DNA of 63,487 bases, counting the filler, from Craspedostauros australis (taxonomy: Eukaryota): assembly GCA_030167865.1 (NCBI GenBank). It is 13 parts of 13 records of this genome, joined end to end, with 100 filler letters (N's around TTAATTAATTAA, not from the genome) between each part and the next. Parts side by side here need not be neighbours in the genome. Positions count along the whole stretch, not along the records: positions 19,241 to 22,594 come from JALAGF010001271.1; positions 22,695 to 27,732 come from JALAGF010001272.1; positions 27,833 to 38,609 come from JALAGF010001273.1; 10 more parts are not named here. One strand, 5' to 3'. The notes under the pieces were generated by a model. It had not been told where the DNA came from. It saw only the letters and a program-made list of their open reading frames with translations, and ran no database searches. Both the position numbers and the translations under genes were made by a program. Of this stretch, positions 21,617 to 32,790 are shown piece by piece (within the stretch, counting starts at the first letter, position 1; every line of letters starts with the position of its first letter).

Positions 21617-22594
21617 CTACATGGCCAAACACCAACTACAATATTGACTGGCGATACGACTGATATCTCTCACATTTCGGAATTCAGGTGGTTCGACTTC
21701 GTTTGGTATATGAATCTCCAAGGAGCAAATATGAACACAAAACATCTTGGTCGCTACCTCGGCCCATCAAAGGCCGTGGGTGAGGCGATGTGCTCGTACA
21801 TTCTCACATCTTCTGGCGCTGTTGTTTCTAAATCCTCTGTCATTCCTTTGTCCGATGTTGACCTCAACAGTGAAGCAGTGAAGCAACAACAATCCGACTT
21901 CATGTCCAACTTACAAAACAAATGGAAAGATCGAATGGCAGGCATCAAGCCAGGGGACGACGGAGACGACGTCGACGACACAGCTGAAGACATTGCTTTC
22001 CTGGAACAGACTACATCATTGGAACCTTTGTTGGAGCCAGCTGACGCCGATGAAGATGCATACGATCGATACCTGTCCGCTCGAGTCAAGCTACCTGTGG
22101 GTGATGACATCCAATTTGGTACAGTAAAGCGCCGAAAACGCGATGCAAGCGGGAAGCTGATTGGTCACTCACATTCAAATCCACTTCTTGACACGTCCAT
22201 GTATGAGGTTGAATTTGTGGATGGACACAGCGAAGTGTTCAATGCGAATCAGATCGCAGAAAATTTCTACGCGCGAACAGATGACGACGGATACACAACA
22301 CTCTTGATGGAGGACATCATCGACCATAAACGACTTCCTACCGCTGCAACCGCTGATGACAAGACGACCACGAAGACGACCAAGGGATGGAAGCTGTGTG
22401 TGCTATGGAAAGACGGATCTGCATCATGGATTCATTTACGAGATGCCAAGGAGGCTGATCCTGTGAAGACAGCCGAGTACGCAACCAACAACCAGCTCAC
22501 CAACGAGCCTGCCTTTCGATGGTGGGTTCCTTACACAATGAAGCGGCGTAACCGCATCCTGATGGCCAACCGCAAACGATACTTCCGACGGAAC
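21617..22594 (+). mobile_element. Ty1/Copia (CoDi-like) pol fragment: integrase C-terminal part and chromo-like region preceding RT
   Basis: GQTPTTILTGDTTDISHISEFRWFDFVWY, LGRYLGPS, GTVKRRKRD..G.LIG..HSNPLLDT..YEVEF.DG, TTKGWKLCVLWKDGS..W, EPAFRWWVPY. Confidence 0.85.
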
Positions 22595-24280
22595 NNNNNN
22601 NNNNNNNNNNNNNNNNNNNNNNNNNNNNNNNNNNNNNNTTAATTAATTAANNNNNNNNNNNNNNNNNNNNNNNNNNNNNNNNNNNNNNNNNNNNATTGGG
22701 CCCAGCGCACTTCTATGAAAAAAATGGAAACGAGAAATGCATTAATGGAAACAGTCGCGACCAGCGCACTTCTATAGAACAAAAATGAGAATGAGTTTCT
22801 CATTAATGAGAATTATCACGACTAGCCCATTTTTTGAGGCGTGGAAATCAAATTCGTGAATGAGGTCACAAAGACAGTCGCAATGACATTTGATATTTTG
22901 TTTGTGTACTAAAAAAGTATGTTGGTCATAGAGAGATGCGACATTAGTTACTNNNNNNNNNNNNNNNNNNNNNNNNNNNNNNNNNNNNNNNNNNNNNNNN
23001 CCAACGAAGTGTTTCGCGCAGGTCAACGAAATAGAGGTCGAATTAGTCGGACATCGACCAATTTTCTGGATTTGCCGGGTGTCCCAGGAGTGATCTGCCG
23101 TGACTCATTGTCCACTCAACCGCTCGCGGAGACTCCAACCAGAACGCGCCATCCGCAAGGCTCCCCACTTCCCTGTGCTGTACCACCGACTCGATACATC
23201 ACCAACCCCAAATGACATTTTACGATGTGAATCTTGGACACGCTTCTTCGAATTCGTGGCATCTAATGACATATTCGACCGTGTTCACCGTGATTGTTTC
23301 CACATGAAAGAACATGAGCGTTGTTGTTAGGTGATGCCCACATGCTTAAGTGTGATAGCGCCATCGTTGCCTCACAACACGCGATGTGGACAAGAAGAAC
23401 CGACGAAAACAGCGTGAATGGGCCATTGACCAACCTTGTACCGTCCAAAGTCGTACTATTTGCATGTTGGACCGAAATGATCCTGTTTACGTCACCCAAC
23501 ACCAAGGAAAGTACAGAACCAAAACACACATTTCGTCATACAGCGTGCAAGCAGCGCAGGAGAGCCCTTGCGCTCCACGAGGAAGAAGCCTGTCTCCGAT
23601 TTGCGTTCTCCGCCATGGAAGTGCCCTAGAACAGTTGGCAGCTGAAGAAATGTCGGAATGATTGTCATTCACAAACGAGAACTGAATTCAACCGTTACTC
23701 GAACGTAAACTCCGTTGGCGCCAATTGCCCGAGGTGGATGCATACAGAGCAAGCACACGCTCACAAAAGTCGTCGTCGCCCAAAAATGTGAACACAAGAA
23801 CATCACGAGTTGAAGCCACAATCTGATGAGGCAAAGGCCACATTACTCGCCATCTTGATCGCGGTTGTGGGCAGTGCGACACACGTCCGCACCAGTGGTC
23901 ATGGCACAGCGCAGCAGTAGCAGTGCAGCATCTGGCATCCTCTCGCCGCCAAGAGAGGTGGCAGACAACTTTACGTCCGCACACGATGGGGTTCGTCGTT
24001 GCACGAGAACGGCGATCTCGCTCGAATTGCCTTGTGTTGATGTAATGCCCTGACCAAGTGCCCGTGCGCCTTTATGGCTGGCCATCTCTCTCTCTCTCTC
24101 TGCATCTTGTTCGTCGCTTCACACAAACATCGTGGGCACGTGCGGCATTGGCAGTTGTTCTCTTTCGTGCGCTTCTGACCACAACAGCACCAGATGGCAA
24201 CATCGCTTGGCTTCACTCCTCCACATCCCCATTCGCATAAAAACTTGCTGGCCACATTGTGATCACAACTTTTTCCGATC

Positions 24281-27081
24281 ATGAAGTTCTCCATCATCGC
24301 GCTCGCATCAGCGCTCCTCCTCTCGAACCAAAGCGGTGTCTTCGCGCAGAACACCAAGCTCGGTAAGCTTCCCATCGTCGCAACGACTGCTCTGGTGGTT
24401 CACTCTCGGCATCGTCAACGATGGTACTGCCAAACATGAAGCTCCCAGCACTGCGTGCCTCTCCTTGCTGCGCCAAGCCCCGGTTGTGGTTGTGGTTGCG
24501 GTTGCCTTCGTCGCCGCCGGCTGTTGCTGCATCTACCTATCACAGCGCGGTTTGGAGCTCTGATGGTGTTGTGCTATCCCGTCATGTGTCGCATCTGGCC
24601 ATCGTATGCCGTATCATGTACCATCCTCACCCATTCCGTCAACCCGTGCCTATCCATCAATCTTCTACTCCATGATGTGCGCGCTCATCAACTTCCCGGT
24701 TCCGCCGCCTCTCGCACACCGGCGGTCGCTGTCAATCGCTGCGTCCTCGCGGTGGTCTGATCCACTGTGCGCTGTCGACTGCCCAATGCCCCATGCGATG
24801 CGTACCGCTCCATGCTGCTCCATGGTCTACGATCCACAATCATCCATTCTCCATTATCGATGGCTACCGTATGATTCATACTCGCATGTACTCATACCTC
24901 ATGCACACAGTCCGCCGCACGCGAACCCGCAACAATGACGACAGCGCTGACGACGAAACCTACGCCTTCCGCCAGCGCGTCCTCAAGGCGGAGAAGGCCA
25001 ACAAGGGCGATAACGTGGATTCGGATGACACGGCAACGCCGACCGCGTTTCCGACATCGATGCCGACATCAATGCCGACGGAGACCATGGTGGACCTGGA
25101 GGCGCGTCTCTCACAGCTTCAGGACGATCTCACCCAGTGCCTCTCGGATCTCGCCATGCTGCTGAGCCAAGCTGCCGGGAGCGGCACGGCCGTCACCTTG
25201 ACGCCGACCATTGACGGTGTCACCTTCGCCGACGACATCAACGGGCAGATCGCGGAGGTCACTGTGGAGCTGGAGTACTGTCTGCAGGAGAAGGCGCGCA
25301 TCATGACCATCCTCGGACGAACCGAGATGCCAACTTCGTCTCCGACATCGGCGCCGACCTCAGCTCCGACATCGGCTCCGACTGCGGCCCCTACTCGGGC
25401 CCCGACATCGGTTCCGACTGCGGCCCCTACTCAGGCCCCGGAACCCACTTCTGCGCCTACATCGGCCCCGACATCGGCGCCGACAGCACTGCCGACCGAT
25501 ATGCCGACTTCGCAGCCGACGTCCGCACCTACATCGGCCCCAACATCGGCACCTACGTCGGCTCCGACATCAGCGCCCACATCAGCACCGACGTCAGCTC
25601 CAACATCGGTCCCGACATCCGCACCTACATCCGCACCTACATCGGCCCCGACATCCGCACCGACGTCAGCACCTACGTCAGCACCTACATCGGTCCCGAC
25701 ATCCGCACCGACGTCAGCTCCAACATCCTCGCCGACATCCGCACCGACATCCGCACCAACGTCGGCTCCAACGTCGGCTCCGACATCGGCTCCGACATCT
25801 GCACCTACATCGGCTCCGACATCAGTACCGACATCCGCACCGACATCACACCCGACCAGTCAGCCAACTCAAGCATGCGTCAGCGGCGAGTTCCGTTCGG
25901 GCGCATACGGCGTCTCCCTCGCCGCCAGCAGGAGATGGCTGGTGGTCGGAAGCTCCACGCAGACTCCTGACACAAACGGGCAAATTGTTGTCTTTGATCG
26001 GAACGATTCCACAGACGAAAAAATCATTTCCCAGAGTGCGATCAACGGTTTTGGTCCATTCAACAATGTTTTCTTTCTGGGATTCTCTGTGGCTGTCTCC
26101 GATCTCCCTGGCGACGACGAACGCGACTACATCGTCGGCGGATTCCCTATCTTCAACCAAGCCCGGGTGTACCGATACAATCGAAATAATGACGACTTCA
26201 GAGGAGAACGGAGGATCCCAAACGATTTGAATTTGGTTGACGCAAATGGCGATCCCAGAAACTTTCCCATCCTTCTTGACAGAACAAGTTTCGGATACTC
26301 TGTGGACATCACTGCGGATGCTGAGGCCATCATCGTTGGTGCTCCATTTGCTTTGAACGGCAGAGGATACGCTGCTCACTTTCAGCTTTTGGGAGGCAAT
26401 TGGCAGAATGGTGACGTGTTCTTAACCATTCTCTTCGACCCTGAACCAAACGAAGATGAAGAGTTCGGAATCTCCGTCGTCTTGGACGGTGATGCGATTC
26501 TCATTGGGGCCCATCAAGAGATAGTCGACCGCAACTTCCAACCAGGCGTCGCATTCTTCTACAGCAGCGTCACCGCAAACGCAGTCACTCTCAAGCCAGA
26601 AGACCGCAACGACGGAGATGCATTTGGCATCGACGCGGATATGCAGCGTGACACCATCGTCATCGGAGCCCAATCCGACCAAGCCGACGGCAGACGTTCC
26701 GGTGCGGTGTTTGTGATCATTCGGCGAGCGAATGGCGCTTTCGAGGAGTTCCAGAAGATCGTGCCTTTCGATGGCAGAATAGATGACTTCTTCGGATTCT
26801 CTGTCGCTCTCAGCGAGAACAGGCTGATCCTCCTCATTGGCTCTCCAGAGCATGACAATGACGAAGGCAGGGATGCCGGCTCGGTGTACTCATACACAAG
26901 GCCAGACAGAAACAGCCAATTCCAGTTCAGCCGAAGATTCACCGCATGCGGTTCGGACAACCAGCAGTTCTTCGGTGAATCGGTCGCCTTTGGTGGCGGC
27001 ATAGCTCTGATGGGTGGAATCAACGGAGCCTCAAGCAGCAGCAGCGGAATCGTGGTTCGCGTCCGTAGAGCCGACCTGTAA
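24281..27081 (+). CDS. Secreted PTSA-repeat protein with C-terminal FG-GAP (integrin-alpha-like beta-propeller) repeats; exons 24281-24362, 24911-27081
   Basis: Signal-peptide exon MKFSIIALASALLLSNQSGVFA (missed by the ORF track) spliced in frame through a 548-nt GT-AG intron. About 40 PTSA-type repeats. Blades FGYSVDI..IIVGAP, FGISVVL..ILIGA and FGFSVAL..LLIGSP. No TM helix. Confidence 0.85.
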
Positions 27082-29262
27082 AATTCATGGAGACCGAGTA
27101 AGTGCTATATACCAGCGCTACAAGTACATAATCTAGAGAGAAGCTCTCACACCAGACAGATCCCATTTGTGGATCATTCAGCGGCAATAGGTTCCATGTG
27201 TGATACTCGGACTTGTGCCTGTTCCGGATCTGCACGTACAGGTGCCCAAGCCCATGGCACGATTCCTCACCGAGTTGGAACATGCCAGATGGGCTTCATG
27301 TTTGGCAAACGTTATCGTGATGTTGATGCATCGGTGAGGCCAACAGACATCTCTCAGCTAGCCACCGATAGCCCGCACCCAACGGCAACCTCCGCGTGGC
27401 TGGAGGCTGCTGGCCAACTCTTGCGTATCTATTGGTATGGTGCGCCGTGATCATTGCAAGCCTGCGCTCAGGAACCCTGCTTGTGACGCTTCTCGTTTTG
27501 CCTTGCCACGAAAACGGGAAATTTGACGAGGAAAGGAAGAGAGCGAGTTTTAGGGTCAAACGAGTCGCGTAGCTCGTATTGGTCAAAGATTCTATGACCG
27601 TACAGTCACAAGCAACCGAGGCGGAATGTTTGTGGCTGAAACAACACAGGGAAAAACAAACAAACAGAGCATGTGTCTTTGTTGGATTCATGGCATGCGG
27701 TCACAATCTGGTTCACAACAAGGAGTGTATCANNNNNNNNNNNNNNNNNNNNNNNNNNNNNNNNNNNNNNNNNNNNTTAATTAATTAANNNNNNNNNNNN
27801 NNNNNNNNNNNNNNNNNNNNNNNNNNNNNNNNTAGCGTACCATACACCATACACCATGCCACATAATACAATACTAGAGTAATACAATAGAGACATCACT
27901 TCAGAACCACAAACACACGCACACATGCTGCTAGCCTTAAACGCACGCTCCATTGTACAAACAGAAACAGCAGGAGCAGCAGCAACAACAACAACAACAT
28001 TGATTTGGAAGTCGTCATCCTGCCGCGATACTTGGTACCTGTGTTGGCATTGCCACTCGTTGGAGCGACACGACCATGATGCTCTTGCAGGCACCCCACA
28101 ACGCAGACACCACGATTTCCATCTTTCGGATGACTGTCATAATCATACCGCACGAATGCCCGGTCAGTCTTTAGCTCCGAGGCCCATTGGCCGATTAATT
28201 GCTTGCTTGCCGAGATCTTCTCTTCACTGGTCGATCGAAGTGTCAGCCCGTGTCCTTGCATAGCATGCCCATGGGCACATAAATGAACGAATTACTATCC
28301 ACATACTATATATACATCGCACAAATAGTAGTATTTCAGTTGAAGCGCACACGAATGGCAGGAACGGGTGGATGATTGTATCTGCAGACTTTTTCTTTCT
28401 CGAGACGAGCGATGCCGATACGACTATCTTCATTGGTCAGGGATGAAGCAGAGCAGGACACTACGGGGGACCAGCACATGGTGCCACCAACTCTCAGCAA
28501 CTGCCTCCTCTTGCTCGTAGGATACAGAACGAGAAAGATCCACCGCTCGCTCAAGAGAGAGCGATACGGGTCCTGGAGTCTGCGGCCAGTGCGAAACCGT
28601 CCGCCGTCTTCTTTCCTTTCTGGGTGGACAAGACCACGATAGGATGATTCATCCTCACCCTGTGATAACCGCCCTTGAACATCCCCGAGTGTGTAACATT
28701 TGCGACATTGTGAACACAGCGCATAGGATGTGGAGTGGGAGCCTTTGGTGCGTGCGGTTGCACCATGACCACATGAAGCACATGGCCGACAGGATCTCGG
28801 GGGTTCTGACGGAATGGTCGGGATAATGCCTGATGCGCTTCCTCCCAGCAACGATCAAGAGCACAACTCCCACCCCATCTTGTTCAGAGACACGAATACA
28901 GATGGCGTGAGAGAAGCAGAGTTTGCGGCCTGCCAAGGACGGTGACTGAGAAGGGTTGATGGCTCATACGTGGAAGGAGAACATTGTGACTGAGCATGAT
29001 CATGGCGAATCTCTGACATCACGCATTCCTCTGAGAGTGTAATACAAGCAAAACATCGAGTACCTCCACCATGCCCAGCCCTGTCCCCTCTGATGTCCGT
29101 ATCCTTGGAAAGCCGGACAGTAGGAAAGGATGCAGGTATTGGCGCCTCGGAATCGCCAACTTTACTAGTTCGTGTTCTATTTTGCTCGTATGATATGACA
29201 TGTGGTCGTATCATTCATTTCTACTTTGATCCTGCCACCATGCGAGTCCAGAGGATTCTCTG

Positions 29263-31281
29263 CTATGCCCCGCTCCCCGTTGCACTACTATGTTCCATGG
29301 TGAGCATGGCGCGGATGGACTCTCGCAGCCGCTTGTCGTGAAGATGTATCTCAAAGGAGTGGCCGGGCTGTAAGTTTTGATGAGAATTGCTCTTCGTAGT
29401 TCGGCGCGTCTTTTTGATGCGAGAGCGGAGAGGAGCGACGCTGGATGGAGAAAAGAGCGGCGGCGGCAAAGGCAGCGAGAGGAGATGGGACGGTGATTGC
29501 GAGTGCGGTTGTGGTTGCGGCGTCGTCGGATACTCCAGATCTGTGATGGCTGTTTGACGAAAAGGTCGCGAAGTCGGCGGCAATGTGTGCTGCTGCTGCC
29601 GCGGGACAGTATCTTCCACCAAGCGTTGATGGAAGTACACGTCCTTGGCTTCCTTCTGGTCGTACAAACCGAGTATCGCCGAGTATGTTTTGCACCGTTC
29701 CGTGGCCTCCATGTAGAGTTGCGCTAGCGTGGTGTTGTAGAACACCGTGTCATCGTCCATATTGCTTGGAAGGGCACATGGTTGGTTGTTGATGTTGCCC
29801 ATCTGAGTGTTTGTGTCGGCACCGGGGCCCAGCACGCTGCCTTCCTGAGTCTGGAACTCCGCCTGGTAGGCCATGACCAAAGATCTGACGTTTTGAATCC
29901 TGGCTCGCCTGGAGTAGACCTTGAGGAGCCTGACGTTGGCGTCGTTGTCGCAGTCGGCGAAAGCGGTGCCCCCAGAGTTGGTGAAGCTGTCGTTGCTGTC
30001 GGAGGATCCCTTTCTGCCCCTTTTGTGGGGTGGGTCTGTCGCAGATACGGCCGCGTCCACGTGATCCGCAAAGCAACAGAGGGGAGGAGAATGCATGGTG
30101 AGGACGGTGACACCGGACTGTATCTCCAGGCCTCTCTCCAGCAGCTTGCGTCCCCGACAGATGTCCCGTGCCAGATCCGCCGTCTGACGGTGTATGGTCT
30201 TGATCTCCTTTCTCGTGTACCAGAGACGCTTGCGCTGGGAGGGTTTCATGATGCGCCAGCTGGGTATCTCGCGCAGGGTGCGAGCAGTGGCGGTGTCATC
30301 GAATCTGACATGGCGTGCAAGGTTCGGTCTCTTTCCATCACCGGGATGATGCATCGCGTCGTCGTCGTCATGTTCATCCCAGGATGGATGGCCGCGCATG
30401 TGGGGAGACGAGAGAGCGCTGATGTCGTCCGAGTGGATGAGGCTTGCCCGGGGCTCCGCGTAATCGTAGGAGTGAGCGGCATGGGCCGGAATGGCCTCAT
30501 CGAAGTCGTCGTGGAAGCCATCATGGTCATCCTGGAGGGAGGTGTGGGTGCCATTGGAAGAGATGGTGGAGTCATCCGAGATGTTGACGAGCTGCACCTT
30601 CCAGGTGTCATCGCTGCTGTTGGTGTCGCAGTCCGAATCATCATGTTCATGGTGAACAAGCTCATCCCGAACATTAGCGGCACCAGCATTGCGAGCACCA
30701 ATATGTGCACTATGATGAGCATTCCCACCAGCATCAATACTGACACCATAATAGTCGTCATGTTGATCATCATGTTGATGATCACGGTCATAGGCCCGCG
30801 CACCGTGTCCCATGCGGGACATTGTGCCATTCTGGCGTCCCATGCGGGACTGGCGGCCTTGTGCGGGTTGGTTACGAATCTCGTCATTGTGTGCGGTTCC
30901 ATCCGCTGGAGACCGGTGCTGAGACTGCCCTTCTTCGGAGACCAGGCTGAGGCAGGAGATGCTCTCGAGAGGATGTTGCAACTGTGACCGTGCAGTTGCA
31001 GTTGCATGACCATCCGCACGAGTCTGCGCTCGATTCATGACGTAACCTGGCGATAGCAATGCCATGTTGGACCTGCCGCGAGACCGGCGGCGTGTCACGT
31101 CCATGTGGACCTTGTCGGTCTTGCGCACAAAGTCCATGCCGGACGAGCGATGATACGAATAGGAGTAGCTGCCCTGCTCCGCGACGCCCGAAGACAGCAC
31201 GAGCCTGACGTTGCCAGTGTCCAGATCTGCGGAGATGGCGGTGCTGTTGGCGGTGCTATCGATGTTGTCCGGCATCTCCAC
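29263..31281 (-). CDS. Disordered protein with diatom-type 'VxF...WY...RGLE' domain (candidate PP1 interactor)
   Basis: 672-aa ORF with conserved block RHVRFDD...EIPSW...KRLWYTRKEI...ERGLE and later RIQNVRSLVMAYQ...LAQLY. The annotated start is GTG, so the true start is uncertain. Confidence 0.7.
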   Translation of the reverse strand: MEMPDNIDSTANSTAISADLDTGNVRLVLSSGVAEQGSYSYSYHRSSGMDFVRKTDKVHMDVTRRRSRGRSNMALLSPGYVMNRAQTRADGHATATARSQLQHPLESISCLSLVSEEGQSQHRSPADGTAHNDEIRNQPAQGRQSRMGRQNGTMSRMGHGARAYDRDHQHDDQHDDYYGVSIDAGGNAHHSAHIGARNAGAANVRDELVHHEHDDSDCDTNSSDDTWKVQLVNISDDSTISSNGTHTSLQDDHDGFHDDFDEAIPAHAAHSYDYAEPRASLIHSDDISALSSPHMRGHPSWDEHDDDDAMHHPGDGKRPNLARHVRFDDTATARTLREIPSWRIMKPSQRKRLWYTRKEIKTIHRQTADLARDICRGRKLLERGLEIQSGVTVLTMHSPPLCCFADHVDAAVSATDPPHKRGRKGSSDSNDSFTNSGGTAFADCDNDANVRLLKVYSRRARIQNVRSLVMAYQAEFQTQEGSVLGPGADTNTQMGNINNQPCALPSNMDDDTVFYNTTLAQLYMEATERCKTYSAILGLYDQKEAKDVYFHQRLVEDTVPRQQQHTLPPTSRPFRQTAITDLEYPTTPQPQPHSQSPSHLLSLPLPPPLFSPSSVAPLRSRIKKTRRTTKSNSHQNLQPGHSFEIHLHDKRLRESIRAMLTMEHSSATGSGA

Positions 31282-31509
31282 GTGCGCCTCCGAGGCTTGT
31301 GATTCCTCTCTGCTCTCTCTCCTCTGTCCTCTTCTCTGCTCTGTCCTCTTCTCTACTCTGCTCTACGATGCACACTTCAACGAGTGTCCTCTGGATGCTT
31401 CGATGCTGGCACAATCTATGAGTAGATCGTATGGTGGTTGTGCGAGAACCGTGATGTTTGATGGCTGCCTTCTCGTACGACTACACGTATGACTATAGTA
31501 TTTGTGTTG

Positions 31510-31557
31510 GTAGTAGTAGTAGTAGTATTAGCAGTAGTAGTATTAGCAGTAGTAGTA
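31510..31557. repeat. (AGT)n microsatellite
   Basis: Directly visible, with AGC/ATT interruptions. Confidence 0.85.
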
Positions 31558-32790
31558 TCACCCCAGAGCGTGATGAACCTTTCTGCCTCTTGGGAGTGTC
31601 AGGGTGGAGCGCGGTGGAGTGTCGGGTGTCGTTGTGCAAGGTCGGAGGATCCCACCACGAACTCGGCGGCTTCTACGAGTACGAGTACGACTTCAGAAGA
31701 AGAGTAGATACCATCGTGTTCTGTGCATCATGGTTCATTCCGCCTGTACACTCAAACAAACAACACAACAACAACCAAAACAACAACAGGAATTCGCAGC
31801 TGCACACACGCCTGTCTTCCAACAATACAGCCCATCAAACCAAACACGCACACACGACACGAACAGAAAGCTCCCAACATGCGCCACGACAGCGGCCAAA
31901 CAAACCGATTTGTTCTTTGTATTTCCCTCACCCTCTGCGGCAGCTGCGCGTTGTTTCGCACTTCCAACTGTCACGACTCCTCTTCTCTTCTCTGCACAGC
32001 ACAGTACAATAGCCCAACGCAAGAATCATAGCACGCTTCCAAACACCAAGATGCAAAAGGGTGGTTCGGGTTTTCGGCAGTTGGTGCTTGTCAATTTGTT
32101 CCATCTCAACGGTATTGGCGATGCGTCATGTCTCATTCAAGGACATTGATTCGATTGTACGTGGACTTTCCATCACTGCTGAGCACAATAATAAATGAAA
32201 TATTAAGTCCGTACGACGTTCGAGAATACGTGAATCAACAACGCCCAATCGTGGATTCACCACAATATCAATACTGAATTTGGCTCCTGTGCTACTCCAG
32301 TATCCATTTCGCGACACGACACAAACGATAGCACAAGACGTACTAGGACAGACCCATTATTGACACCTCGCAACGCAATCACAAACAAACACACACGCGC
32401 AAACACAACAAGAGAGCAGAAAATCTTGGCACGAACGGCGTGGCTGTTGTGGTGGGTGCTTCGACCATCACCATCATCATCGTGACATGCACAACAGCGA
32501 CACCGTCTCATTCCACATGAATGTTTGATTGCAGGATCGCACGATTAGACAAGCTGACGAATCCTCCTCATCACTGCTCGTTCCGTTGGCATCATCATCA
32601 ACATCAACAGCATCGCATCCATTGCACTGCATTGCATTGTCGATCCCACTAGTCGCACTCGATCGATCAGTCAACCACACAGGCAAGAGAGAAGCAAGCA
32701 AGAACGACGAACACGACAGAATCCGTACTGCAGAGCACTCCACATTCCATACCGCAGAGCACTGTCGCTCGTATCGTATCGTATCTGACG

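Noticed and set aside
22695..24200. Possible transposase remnants and AT-rich terminal repeats
   Set aside because: TE-like in texture, but I found no DDE or other motif in any frame, so it is not called.
27896..29214. Short ORFs including a CxxC...CxxC pattern (28336-28851)
   Set aside because: No consistent frame, splice pattern or family motif could be established.
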